64,000 nucleotides of DNA from the NCBI GenBank assembly GCA_020184695.1, contig JAANOX010000011.1, forward strand, positions 124,001-188,000, written 5' to 3'. The translations under genes were made by a program, and so were the position numbers. Below the pieces are notes generated by a model. The model saw only the letters and a program-made list of their open reading frames with translations, was not told the DNA's origin and ran no database searches. Numbering within the stretch: position 1 is the stretch's first letter; each line of letters begins with the position of its first letter. Origin of the DNA: Histomonas meleagridis 2922-C6/04-290x. Its lineage: Eukaryota; Protista; Parabasalia. Shown one piece after another: positions 1 to 11,084 of the stretch.

Positions 1-2
1 CA

Positions 3-338
3 TTTAAATCAAAAAATTTTTTCATTTTACTCAGATTTACTGTTGGATGGGCAGTATGTTATTTTCCAATGTTCCTCATTCCAAGGTCATTATATTTGTA
101 TCATTATTTGATTCCATTGATTTTCGGTTCAATGGCATTTGGCGCTGTAGTCGATTTAGTTAATCCAAAAATTAAAGGAATCATTGCACTCTTCTCATGT
201 GCGCTTGTGATTTTTGGCTATTGGATATGGAGCCCTTATGTATATGGACTGAATATCCATGATCGTGAAATCATGGAATTGAATAAGAAATGGGTGAAAA
301 TGATTCGTAGCTTCGGCGAAAAATTTAAATTTAAATAA
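3..338 (+). CDS. PMT: Dolichyl-phosphate-mannose-protein O-mannosyltransferase, C-terminal fragment (5' end outside window)
   Basis: Frame open from window start: ...GWAVCYFPMFLIPRSLYLYHYLIPLIFG matches the PMT C-terminal TM motif (GW..hYhPFFh..R.LyLhHYLP). Confidence 0.75.
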   Translation, partial: FKSKNFFILLRFTVGWAVCYFPMFLIPRSLYLYHYLIPLIFGSMAFGAVVDLVNPKIKGIIALFSCALVIFGYWIWSPYVYGLNIHDREIMELNKKWVKMIRSFGEKFKFK

Positions 339-743
339 ACTGTTTAAAATTGTTTATTTTATTTGGAGAGACATTTCAATAATTTGAACAAACAAATTAA
401 TTTATAATTTTTTCTATATTTTTGTTTTTCCGTCGCTTTATAATTTTTTCTTTTTCTAATCGAACAGTTAAATATATGATTGAATTTAGTCATTTCAACA
501 AAGAAAACACAGGTTGGGCACGAAAAATATCGAAAAATTTTGGGAAATGGTTTTCCCCTTCAGACAAACTTAGTCAATTCATTTTTGTCAAAATACATAT
601 TTTGACACTTGAAAATTTTGACTATTGGGGAAAAAATCAAAGTTTTACTCAAATAGATACTCAACCAGAGTATATTTTGACATATAATCAAACCGTCATG
701 TTTGGCAAAATTTGAATAAGTGCATCACTTCATTTTCACTCAG

Positions 744-1498
744 ATGCTTTCAGGTTCAATTGTTGATTCATATAACACATTAAACTGCAAGTACGCAAAT
801 AATCCAAGGAAGAGCAATCGCCAAAAATTATTAAACACACATATCACAAAAATTATCATCGTGGTTGATAGAATTGTGCCAAAAGTACTTCGTCCTCTAA
901 CTGATACGCTTTCATTCTGCCTTCCTGCTGTTGCTTCAACCGCAGGTCTTTCTCATGTATCTATTTGGGTTCCAAAAGGAGATTTTTTTTCGTATAAAGG
1001 TGTTTTAATTGAATATGGTGGATATGATGAAAGAAGAGAAGGCGATTACAAAGAACAGGTTCATTACTACAAAGGAACTGATGGATTAAGATTTATGAAA
1101 ATGCCAGTCATCATGATGAAATTGATGTTCACCACAAAAAAGATGAAGTTCGGTGTAACATTTTACATCCAATGACAATCGGTGAATTATTGGAAAGAGT
1201 AAATTTTCATGGTGATTGGGAAAAAGATGATTATGACGCAATTTTGCATAATTGCCAAACGTTTGTAACAAAGTGCATTAAAGTTCTTGGGGCATATCGT
1301 GACCAATTTGAACCAAGGTCGTATTGCAAAACATATATTCCATTTGGTATTCTTGACGTTTTGGAAAAACATGAAGGAGAGTTGGATCCTGTAACCAAAG
1401 GGATTCATACTGTAGAAAAGATTCCATTTTTCGGCGCACTTTTTTCTCTAGGTGGCATTTATGGCTCTACAATTTGTGATGCAATTACTGGTAAATGA
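744..1498 (+). pseudogene. Putative PPPDE/permuted papain-like (His...Cys) peptidase, split by one single-base frameshift near 1090
   Basis: ORF 720-1175 has SHVSIWV...LIEYGGY; ORF 1172-1498 has YDAILHNCQTF. The second frame is open from 1082, and adding one T at AGA TTT AT GAA joins them as DGLRFYENASHH... Could be an intact gene with a sequencing error. Confidence 0.5.
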
Positions 1499-1873
1499 CT
1501 TACTTTATAATAGCAATAAATAAAAAGCATCGGATCCCTAACAATTTTACTGCTTTCAGAAATGGTTTGAAATTTTTTTTCTTGATTAACATTTCTTATA
1601 ATAAAATTCAATAACATTAATGTTATTAAAAGGAACATTTATATAATATTATATTAAAAGGAACATTTTGATCCCTAAGGTGGGATCCTTGAATAAAAGT
1701 TTTACTTTTGATGAAAGGAATACATTAATTTCAAAAATATTATGTAATATGTTGTATGACAATTTAAAATTTATTTTCATTTTACATTATAGAAAAATAT
1801 TTTTAATTATATAGAAATATATAAATTCATTCTTTCCTAAGATTAAAACATTTTATTTTAACGAATATATGCA

Positions 1874-3229
1874 TTACCATGAGAAACTTATCTTTCTATT
1901 ACACATTCTGCATTGCGAAGGCGTGATGCAAGGATTCTCGCCCACTTCAAAGTAAGGGAAACGTGATCCGTTTGGATATTTCTGCAAATTCAGCTCAAGA
2001 ATGAGCCTTCCCCAGTTACTTCCAATAGTTCCAATAATGTGATCTACGTTTATAAGTTCCACCAAATTCGCGAATGAACTTACGGATTCCCAAAGTGCGA
2101 TTTTATTATCAGTAACAATGAAATGGTCATGTCCGCCTTTCGGTCTTGTACAATTATAGTATGATATATCATATATGTCACTAAATTTTAAGAATTCATT
2201 AAGTGCTTCTGGGTCATCACTATTTACAAATACAGATAATTTTTTGTTATTTCCATCTGACTTAAGTTTTCGAAGAATTTCTAATGGATACCGATATTTG
2301 TCTGATGAAACTAGTTTCATTTCGAGATACTTATGCCCTCTTCGGATAAACACCGATGCATCATAACGGTCTTTTGGATTGACGATATATTTCGGTTTGA
2401 ATTCGTTAATCCACTTTTTGAGCTTATCATTGAATTGTACCATAAAAAATGTCGCTTGAATCCTCCACAAGAAGTAGTATGAGTCAGGGTGGGCAGAGGT
2501 CTTTGAAAAGATTCTAACAACAGACTCGGGAACAGCGCGTTTTGCACGAGGTCGGTGTGGTGCCTTTTTATATTTCGGATTCGAATAATCGATTTCTTCA
2601 GGAGTAAGTTGACATGAAGATAATGGTCTGAAAAAACAGTCAAACCCTAAAGTGCCATTACATTGAGAAAAGCTGGAATATCTGTAATGATCTTTGGGGT
2701 TATAAACAACAGTTCGATTTTGCATGATTCCACTCGCAATGAAAGCTCCAATAACATGTACACAAGACCCGATTCCATTCTCATCTAAGTTTGGGAGAAT
2801 TAGAAAATTTCTTTTACTACAATCCTCGGGATATTGATTTTCATAAATTATTTTTTGAACTTCTTCTGTACTATATATTCCTTGTTTTTCTGTTTTGTGG
2901 TAAGGTTTGTTGCGATCAAGATCGAAGAAAAATACCTTTTGTTTCATTAAATCATAAGGATACAACTGATTTAAAACATTGGTAATTTCTTCTTTTGTCA
3001 TATTTTCTTCTACCATCCATTCCCATAGCTTATATTGCAAGTCATAGCATTCTATTAAGTTCAAATATAGATTTGATTCGCCATTTTTATAAATTATTGT
3101 TGATTGAAAATTATTGTATTTTCCATAGTAAAAGAATGCAAAGGTTGCTATGAAACACAAAGGCATGAAGAAAGCTGTGAAATTGTTGAGTTTTCTTGAT
3201 CTAAGTAAGCGGTCGCGAGACCACTTCAT
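1874..3229 (-). CDS. Type II membrane glycosyltransferase, GT23/alpha-1,6-fucosyltransferase-like
   Basis: N-terminal TM; NGIGSCVHVIG, SVFIRRGHKYLE, VFVNSDDPEAL and GTIGSNWGRLILEL resemble FUT8/NodZ motifs. Start set at first ATG (MKWSR). Confidence 0.65.
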   Translation of the reverse strand: MKWSRDRLLRSRKLNNFTAFFMPLCFIATFAFFYYGKYNNFQSTIIYKNGESNLYLNLIECYDLQYKLWEWMVEENMTKEEITNVLNQLYPYDLMKQKVFFFDLDRNKPYHKTEKQGIYSTEEVQKIIYENQYPEDCSKRNFLILPNLDENGIGSCVHVIGAFIASGIMQNRTVVYNPKDHYRYSSFSQCNGTLGFDCFFRPLSSCQLTPEEIDYSNPKYKKAPHRPRAKRAVPESVVRIFSKTSAHPDSYYFLWRIQATFFMVQFNDKLKKWINEFKPKYIVNPKDRYDASVFIRRGHKYLEMKLVSSDKYRYPLEILRKLKSDGNNKKLSVFVNSDDPEALNEFLKFSDIYDISYYNCTRPKGGHDHFIVTDNKIALWESVSSFANLVELINVDHIIGTIGSNWGRLILELNLQKYPNGSRFPYFEVGENPCITPSQCRMCNRKISFSW

Positions 3230-3453
3230 TTGTTGAACGTTTAGAACCCTTCTCAAATTTTCAAATGAACACGTTTATTCGACAAAATCGAATGTTAGGA
3301 AGCTACCCGTTTTCATCGATTGTTTCAGTAGTTTTCGCCAAACTATTTTTTCGATTATGAATATATAACCCAACAATCACCATGGCAATCAAAATAACTG
3401 CAACTGAATTTTCAAAACGTATCTTGGGGCGCCCCATATCAGCGGTTGATAAA

Positions 3454-4062
3454 ATGATTGGAGTCGAATATAAACACAACTTCAAATTTATTGTTATAGG
3501 CTCAAGCGGTGTTGGGAAGACTTCTATCTTAAAGCGTTTGATTGATGATGAGTTTTCAACAGAAAATGTTTCAACAATCGGTGTTGAATATATGTCAACA
3601 GTTCTTGAAATTGATGGTCAACCTGTTAAATTACAAATATGGGATACAGCAGGACAAGAAAAATTTAGGTCAATTGCAAAATCTTATTTCCGTCATTCTG
3701 TTGGTGTGATTTTAGTATACGATATCACAGATAGAAAATCGTTTGATGAGCTAAGTTTGTGGCTTAATGACGTACATGCTCTTTGTGATCCAAATGCTGC
3801 AATTACAATGATAGGTAACAAACTTGATTTAGCATCACAAAGAGTTGTTTCAACATCAGAAGCACAATCGTTTGCCACAACACACCAACTTACATATATA
3901 GAAACATCTGCTCGTGGCGGCGATAATGTTACAGAAGCATTTAATCGAGCAGCTAAAATGGTTTTCGACAGAGCTGAAGCCGGGAAATTATCCACTAAAA
4001 CAGTTTCTGTTCCTCAACAAGCTTCAACTAATTCAGACACAAGTGGAAGCTGTTGCAAATAA
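3454..4062 (+). CDS. Rab: Rab family small GTPase (Rab2/4/14-like)
   Basis: GSSGVGKTS, TIGVEY, WDTAGQEKFRS, GNKLD, ETSA and C-terminal CCK prenylation motif. Start at MIGVEY preferred over upstream ATG 3382. Confidence 0.95.
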   Translation: MIGVEYKHNFKFIVIGSSGVGKTSILKRLIDDEFSTENVSTIGVEYMSTVLEIDGQPVKLQIWDTAGQEKFRSIAKSYFRHSVGVILVYDITDRKSFDELSLWLNDVHALCDPNAAITMIGNKLDLASQRVVSTSEAQSFATTHQLTYIETSARGGDNVTEAFNRAAKMVFDRAEAGKLSTKTVSVPQQASTNSDTSGSCCK

Positions 4063-4102
4063 AAACAAAATACGTTTTTCACTATGTTTGTTTGAACTTT
4101 AG

Positions 4103-5590
4103 ATGTCGGGTTACCATAAGATCACACTCGCTGGTCTTGAAGAAGAGCAGCTTAAAAATGTCAAAATGCTTATTACCCATCATGGCAGTCGATCTTATAA
4201 TATAAAGCCCTACAAATTATTTCCAAATTGGAAACGTAATTATATCATTCCTTGGATTTGTTTTTTGGATTTCGCAGTTTTTTGTTTATATGTTTTACTT
4301 GCTGTTTATCACCAAGACACAACTATCGAATTTACACAAGATTTTTCAAAAGCAATTTCAAATTATTTTTTGGAAGATCTTGATTTCCCAGATCCACCTG
4401 GTGGTATTCCCATAGGCGTTGGCCAAGTGTTTTTTATTGATGATTTCAAATTTATTTTTTGTGATTTATGCACACGATTTTTTACATTTGACCAATCATT
4501 TCCAGTATCTTTTGTTATTGATTCACTTAGCTCCGCTAGTTTAGAACTTTTTTTAAGAGATTCTGAACCATATATAACTCAATTTATAGAAGAAGATATT
4601 GGAACCATTGTTGACAAAATTTGCCAAGAAATTAATAGATTCAACAAAGTAACTGTAACTGCGAATTACCACATCCAAGTCAGTAAGAGCAAATATGATT
4701 ATCGAATGTCTCTTTCCATCAAAGGATCTTTTATCAAAGATCTTCGTACTGACACAATTTTTATGGACATTGAACATTCTCGAATTCAAGAAGGTGTTGA
4801 GCTCATTGATATCAACTTTACACTTTATCTCTATTATACACTTCCTTTTCTTATCATTGTTCTTAACATCATTGCTCTTATCGTCTTTATCAAATCCACT
4901 TTTTCATTGTACCGATACACCAAGTATCGTTCACTTGTGATTGGGGTACCCCAAAATGAAATTTTTTGGGATAAATTTGATAAATGGGATATTTTTTCCA
5001 TTATTACACATTCTATATCAATTGCATCATCTGTTATGTATATATTAGTTGGCCAAGATATTAAAAAAGAAATTCCACCATTTTTATTTGTCATTGCATT
5101 TGCAACACTTTTACATAGTTTTACACTTATTCGCTACTTAAAGTTAAATCCGTCAACGAAATTAATTATTCATGTTCTTATGACATCTACAGTTCAAATT
5201 ATGCAATTTTTAGTTGGATGCATGCCAATGTTTTTCGGATTTTGGGCATTTGGCATTTGTTTCTTTGGGCATCTGAATGAAGCATTTGCTTCACCATTAC
5301 AATGCGCATCATTTTTGTTTTGTGTAATGCATGGAGATTCTATAAAAGATGTATATGATGCTGTGATAATACAAAATGATATGAGCCCTTATGTCGGATT
5401 CATTTATACTTCGCTTTGGGTCGCGTTCTCTTTGCTGTTGATGTTTAACATTACAATTTCTATTGTGCAAGAAGTGTTAACAGTGGAAACTTATAAAGCT
5501 TCGCTTAAAAAGAATGAAGAAGATAATTTGCCGTCATTTAGTGTGTTGGCAAATAATTTGGCTTTGATGACTTCAAGAAGAAATATATAA
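4103..5590 (+). CDS. MCOLN: Mucolipin (TRPML)-like cation channel
   Basis: One N-terminal TM, a large luminal loop, five further TMs, and a pore-like LFCVMHGDSIKDVY followed by an S6-like helix. Confidence 0.75.
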   Translation: MSGYHKITLAGLEEEQLKNVKMLITHHGSRSYNIKPYKLFPNWKRNYIIPWICFLDFAVFCLYVLLAVYHQDTTIEFTQDFSKAISNYFLEDLDFPDPPGGIPIGVGQVFFIDDFKFIFCDLCTRFFTFDQSFPVSFVIDSLSSASLELFLRDSEPYITQFIEEDIGTIVDKICQEINRFNKVTVTANYHIQVSKSKYDYRMSLSIKGSFIKDLRTDTIFMDIEHSRIQEGVELIDINFTLYLYYTLPFLIIVLNIIALIVFIKSTFSLYRYTKYRSLVIGVPQNEIFWDKFDKWDIFSIITHSISIASSVMYILVGQDIKKEIPPFLFVIAFATLLHSFTLIRYLKLNPSTKLIIHVLMTSTVQIMQFLVGCMPMFFGFWAFGICFFGHLNEAFASPLQCASFLFCVMHGDSIKDVYDAVIIQNDMSPYVGFIYTSLWVAFSLLLMFNITISIVQEVLTVETYKASLKKNEEDNLPSFSVLANNLALMTSRRNI

Positions 5591-5889
5591 ATTTAAATGT
5601 TTTTAATGCGTAATAAATAGATATAAATAAATGTTTTAATTAAATGAATTATTCATCAAGTTATCGACAAACGATAGAACTTTCAATTGACGATGGTGTT
5701 TTTCTGTTAAGCCGTTTATTATTAATTGAATTTGTCTATCGATAACTCTTGTAATTGATAGAATTTTAACTGTGTTTTTAAATACTTTATATGACAAACA
5801 CTTTTCCATAAATCTGTTGGAAATTTGAATGAAAATTTCTTCTTGAGCCATATAACTTTTTGAATGCCGATAAGGAAGTTTCAAAATTT

Positions 5890-6387
5890 ATGAATTGGTC
5901 TGGGAAAAAACCCGCAAAAATAGACCCCGAACTTGCTTCCTTAATCCAATCTGCCGAAGAACGAAGGCAAAGAAAACAAAAAAATAAAGGTAAACAACAA
6001 CCAAAACAATTTTTTCAAGCATTTGTGAATAATACAAAAGCACCTGAAATCGACTATAATTTCGAATGTGGATGCTATGGAACAGAACATCCAGTAATTA
6101 ACAACTGTACAAAATGCGGCAGGATTATTTGTGAACTTGAGGGAGAAAGACCATGCCCTTATTGTGGCACACCAATTTTATCAGATGAAACACTTGCAGA
6201 TAGAGAAAAATATGAAGCGAAAATGAAGGAAATGGAAAAGAGAATTGGACAACAAAAATGGATTCCAGCAATAAAACGAGATCTCAAAGTGTCAAAAGCT
6301 TCCAAAGAATACTCAACAAATATGATTGACCTTGAAACTGATTGGTTTGACTCAGAACTTGTTGAAATTTTTGAAGGAAATGCATAA
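5890..6387 (+). CDS. TRIP4: ASC-1/TRIP4 (RQT4)-like C2HC5 zinc-finger protein
   Basis: CGCYGTEHPVINNCTKCGRIICELEGERPCPYCG is a zf-C2HC5 pattern; IDLETDWF-like C-terminal motif. Confidence 0.8.
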   Translation: MNWSGKKPAKIDPELASLIQSAEERRQRKQKNKGKQQPKQFFQAFVNNTKAPEIDYNFECGCYGTEHPVINNCTKCGRIICELEGERPCPYCGTPILSDETLADREKYEAKMKEMEKRIGQQKWIPAIKRDLKVSKASKEYSTNMIDLETDWFDSELVEIFEGNA

Positions 6388-6858
6388 ATGTTTCATCAAT
6401 ATTTTTTTAGCAACTTTAACATTTTGTGAAATTTCATATTTAGCTAAATAGACAATTGTTGTGATGTTTATATATAAAATCTTCACCTAAAAATAATAAA
6501 AACATATCAATTCTTTTGATTTTTGGAAATTTAAATTAAAAATGTTTATTCATTTGTTCTTATATATTGACAAAGTATTACAGTACATATTCTTTAGGCT
6601 TTAAAGTCTATTATTTTCAAGCTGCATTGTTCATTAATATAATGAATTAATTTATGATTGCACAATTCGGTATTGTTTTTGGAGTACACACTTCTTATCA
6701 ACATATATTCATTATAATAATTTTTTACAAACATATTCCTTATGAACATTATTCTTACTTGTACATTTCTTCCCATAAAATTACTCTTATTATGGATAAT
6801 CAGTGGTTTCTGATCCTGAAATGTTGAACCTTCAATAAAAACAAGAAGCATAGTGAAT

Positions 6859-6862
<4 letters not shown>

Positions 6863-6909
<47 letters not shown>

Positions 6910-6930
6910 AAATATTTAAAAAAAAAAAAA
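6863..6930. repeat. Poly(A) tracts: A45 (6863-6907) and A13 (6918-6930), each preceded by aatattt
   Basis: Directly visible; on the minus strand this is poly(T) immediately after the stop of the 6932-8254 ORF. Confidence 0.95.
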
Positions 6931-6931
6931 T

Positions 6932-9900
6932 TTAAGCTTTATTTGTATTAAACCTGTTCGATTTCGCATATTTCTTTCCGTCATTTAATTCCTTTATAAT
7001 ACCATAAAGAGCATTATCTAAGCACGCTTCATTTTCTTTTGAATCGGGAACAATTTTAAATTTTTTCATTTTCTTAACGAATGGAGCAACGAAATTTAAA
7101 AACGACAAAAATCCGAAAATTTCGAAATTTCCATTTTCCAATCCAATTTTTTTATATTTCTCATTAATATCATCCTTTGATGCTAATTCTGTTATTTTGA
7201 TTGAAAATGTCTGAGTGATTTCAAGTGAAAGCGTTGAGTTTTGTTCTGTAAATTTGTTTATTAAAGTATTAACATCATTAATTTTATGATTCCAATCGAT
7301 TAATTTCGATATTAAAATAATTTTTCGAATTAAATTTATATCATTTTTTGAATAATGCACTAAAAAGTTATATATCAATTCTGCTTCTGTTGTTTGATTA
7401 TTTAACATCAAACGAACACTTAATATTAATGGAAACAAATACCAATTTCCATTTAAACAAATATCCCCGCGACAATCACGAAAGAAATTAAATAATTTTT
7501 CGTTTCGTTTATTTATAGATTTTAATTCAAGATAACTTAATAATGAAAAAAGATTCGGATATTTATCGATGTTAATTTTGTCCTCGTCAATTTGAATGTT
7601 TTTATTTTCATTATAAAATATAATTTTCGTAATTTCTTGATAAAAATTTTCTTGTTTCGTAATGTCATGAATTAAATATATAATCGATTTGTTTTGATTA
7701 CTTTGATATGCAATTAATGAATTATCAAGAATTTTGGTATAATATTTATGTTCTAAATATGGTAAAATTTTACGATATAATTTAATATAAAATATTTTGT
7801 GATTTTTAAGATTATTGAATTCGATGTTTTTCTCATGAAATTTTTGAATTTCAATCTTCATAAATATTTTATATTTTAATTCTTTAATTTCATCATCTTC
7901 AAAATTTCCAATATCAAAATTATCAATGATATTTAATGTGTTAATTTCATTACAAGTATAATTAGGCATAATAAATGTATTAATATGTAATAAAACGTGA
8001 TGTAATGTAACAATGTCAATCATTTCTATATCACTTCTTTTGGTATATAATTTAATGTTAAATATTACTTCTTTAAGAAATCGATTTTTGATAGGCTTAA
8101 AACTTAATACATTATATATATCATAAAACAAAAGATATGTATCGTATTTATAAGTTCGAAGTTTATAAAATAATCCAATAAATGAATTCATTCGACTTTC
8201 ATCATTACTTATCACTCGTTGATACTTTTCTGGAATTATTAAATATTTGATCAAAATTTAATTTATCAACATCACATTCACTTTTAGTTATAGCATAAAT
8301 AAATAATTGAAAATTGTTTTCATTAAATATTATATCTAATATAGAATTTTGTTCAAGTTCATTCTTTGAGATATATGTTAACATATCTTTATTAAGCGAT
8401 GAGAATTCTAATATAGTATATGGATTATTGAATAAATATTTAATGTCTTCGCTTATATCTTTGAAAATGATAGAAAAGTCACTGATAAATCCATAAAATT
8501 CTTTTTGGCCCAATCGAATCAATTCGATTTCCAATTACAAAATGATCATATTCATCAAATGATACTGAACTCATTTCAGTATTAATTTCATTATTATTAT
8601 TAATTTTTTTAGAAATAATTTGACATTTCTTATTATTTGAATCATATTTGAAACTCATAACAATGTAAATCCATTTGTTAAAACTACTGTTATTACTATT
8701 TATGTTATTTAAATCATAAATTTCATTTAATGTAAAGATTTGATTCTTTTCATTTCGAATACATAAAACACCTTTTTTAATGTAAAAGTCTAACAACAAT
8801 TTTTTTTCTTCACTCTTCTTAAGAAATGAAAATAATTGAATCGTTGAGCTTTTGTATTTTTATTGATGTAATACCATCAGTCCAAAGCCAAAATGAAACA
8901 GTAAAAATTGTTTTGGATTTAAACTTTAATTTATATTCATTTCGTTCACTTTGATATGAATTTAATGTTTTAATGTGATTTCGTTTATATTTTAGTGAAT
9001 TCTTTAATGATTCATTTAATATATATAAAATATCTTTTTTGTGAATATTATTTAGTATTAAATTTATATTAATACTATGATTTACTGTTGATAATAATGT
9101 AATAACTAAAGGAATTAAAACTGTTTTTCGTATTTCATTTGGTATATATAATTTATATTTATGTTTTTTTTCATTATACTCAAAAGAAATTTCGCATTTT
9201 TCTTCTTCTTTTATTAAAAATTCAATAAACAGTTTTGCCAAGTTTATTTTATTGCACTTTTTGATGTTAACCATTGAAACAAGACAGTTTTTGTAGAGAC
9301 CGTTAAGGAAATCAACCAAAAATTTTGTTTCGCCAAAAATTCGAATTAAAAATAATATAAAAATTGGTCTTTTAATTAAATAATAATCAAATGATGATGA
9401 GTTTGTCATAGTAATCACTGTCATTATCTTATTATAAGTTTTTGAATTAATTAATTTATCTTTAATATAATTCGTAATTAAAATTTTATCCTTGTAATTA
9501 TCAGTTATTGGGTGGTGATAAATATACGAATTTAATATTATTTCTAATGCTTGATAACTTTGGTAATTACTTAATATGTTACAAAGAATTATCATATAAT
9601 CAAATTTTATTTCAAAATAATTTAAATTATATAAATATTCGAGAAACCAATCAATGTCTTCTTTAGAGTTCTGTTTGCTGATACATGCCTTTTCAACAAG
9701 ACAAAAAATTTTTTCATCTTTTTCTGATGCATTAAGTCGAATAATATCTTCCCTAAAAAGTTTAATGTTTATATCTAAATGTTCTTCTAAAATATTATAT
9801 ATCGTTTCGATATTAATTTGTTTCGTTTTCATTAAACCAAAGAAATTGATGCGTATCATATTAAATAAAACATTTATATCATCCAAAACATAATGGCTAT

Positions 9901-10420
9901 CAAATATACAATCTATCAAGTATTTTTTACCGTTGCTTTGTTGTGATTCAAAACAATCATCAAATGTTACTGAAGATTTAGATAAGATGTATAAGTAAAC
10001 TAAAATGTTAAAATAAGTTCTGTCTTTTGTGGATTGAGTGTCTGGATTGAGATTTATTTCGACATATTTTCGAAAAAATTGTATTTGATGCTCTTTTTGA
10101 ACAAATTTGTTTAGAATTTTTATAATAAACTCAACCTTAGCTGATTGGCCTTCTTGTAATAGTTCAGAAAAATTTGGATATTTAAAGTATTCCTTTGCAT
10201 ATAATTCAAAATCTTCTTCTTTTCTTGTTAGACTGAAACTACTTATAAACGATATTTCTACAATTAGAAATGACATGAAAGATTTTATCTTTTCTAACAT
10301 AACGCCAGGATTAATTCGAATAAGTTCGTCATACTTTTGAATTTCATCTTCCTTGTTTGTAATAGAATTAATGTTTGGAAGCTTATTTAAATTCATGTTA
10401 AATTCTTGTTCTTTTTGCAT
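6932..10420 (-). pseudogene. Single long (~1160 aa) very AT-rich gene broken by three +1 frameshifts; central ConA/LamG-like module as in neurobeachin/BEACH-type proteins
   Basis: ORFs 8819-10420, 8479-8799, 8205-8534 and 6932-8254 overlap end to end, each next frame being +1. The joined text reads FTVSFWLW...IQLFSF...KWIYIVMSF...FVIGN...FYGFISDFSI. No BEACH or WD40 domain is visible. Confidence 0.55.
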
Positions 10421-11084
10421 GATTTGCTTTGCTTAATTTGGAACCTGCCTACACAAAAAACGACGATACACATCGTTCATCGAAATTTGATTTAATTGAA
10501 ATTTTGAGAAACATTTTTTGAATGGGATACCTCATAAACGCTGTATCGTAAATTTCCAACCTATGAATTTATTGTGTGTGTAATGGAGTTGTTGGAAAAA
10601 AGTGTAAATTTTTGAAAAATAATGTAAAAAAGTGCTGCTTAAAAACTCAAAAGTGAACCCAAAATATTCTTTATTCTGACTATAATCAAGTGTCTTTGAT
10701 CAATGCACCTATAAATCATTCCAAATTAATTTTTTTCAAGAATTGAAAATTTTTGATATTTTATCATTTGTTTCGAAACTTAACGTAAGATTAAAATTTA
10801 TGGTGTTCTTATGTTAATGAAGAAAGTGTACACATTAACTAACATTCCCCCAATATTTGAGAACAAAATGATTTTTACTCATCTCAATTCTAAACATTTA
10901 ATTGATGATTATAACACTAAAAATCCCGGTCACTCGATTAAATGTTTTTGCATATCTTATTTTGATAAATTTTATTGAGCATCATTAATTAATTAACAAA
11001 TGGATTTGTTCAGTATGGAAGTTGCAATTACTGGATCCAATTGAATCAAAATTTTTCATATCACATTTCTCGGCCAACAAACAA

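Noticed and set aside
6594-6851. 85-aa ORF after the poly(T) tract
   Set aside because: No recognisable motif; it may be a further piece of the broken gene, but this is unsupported.
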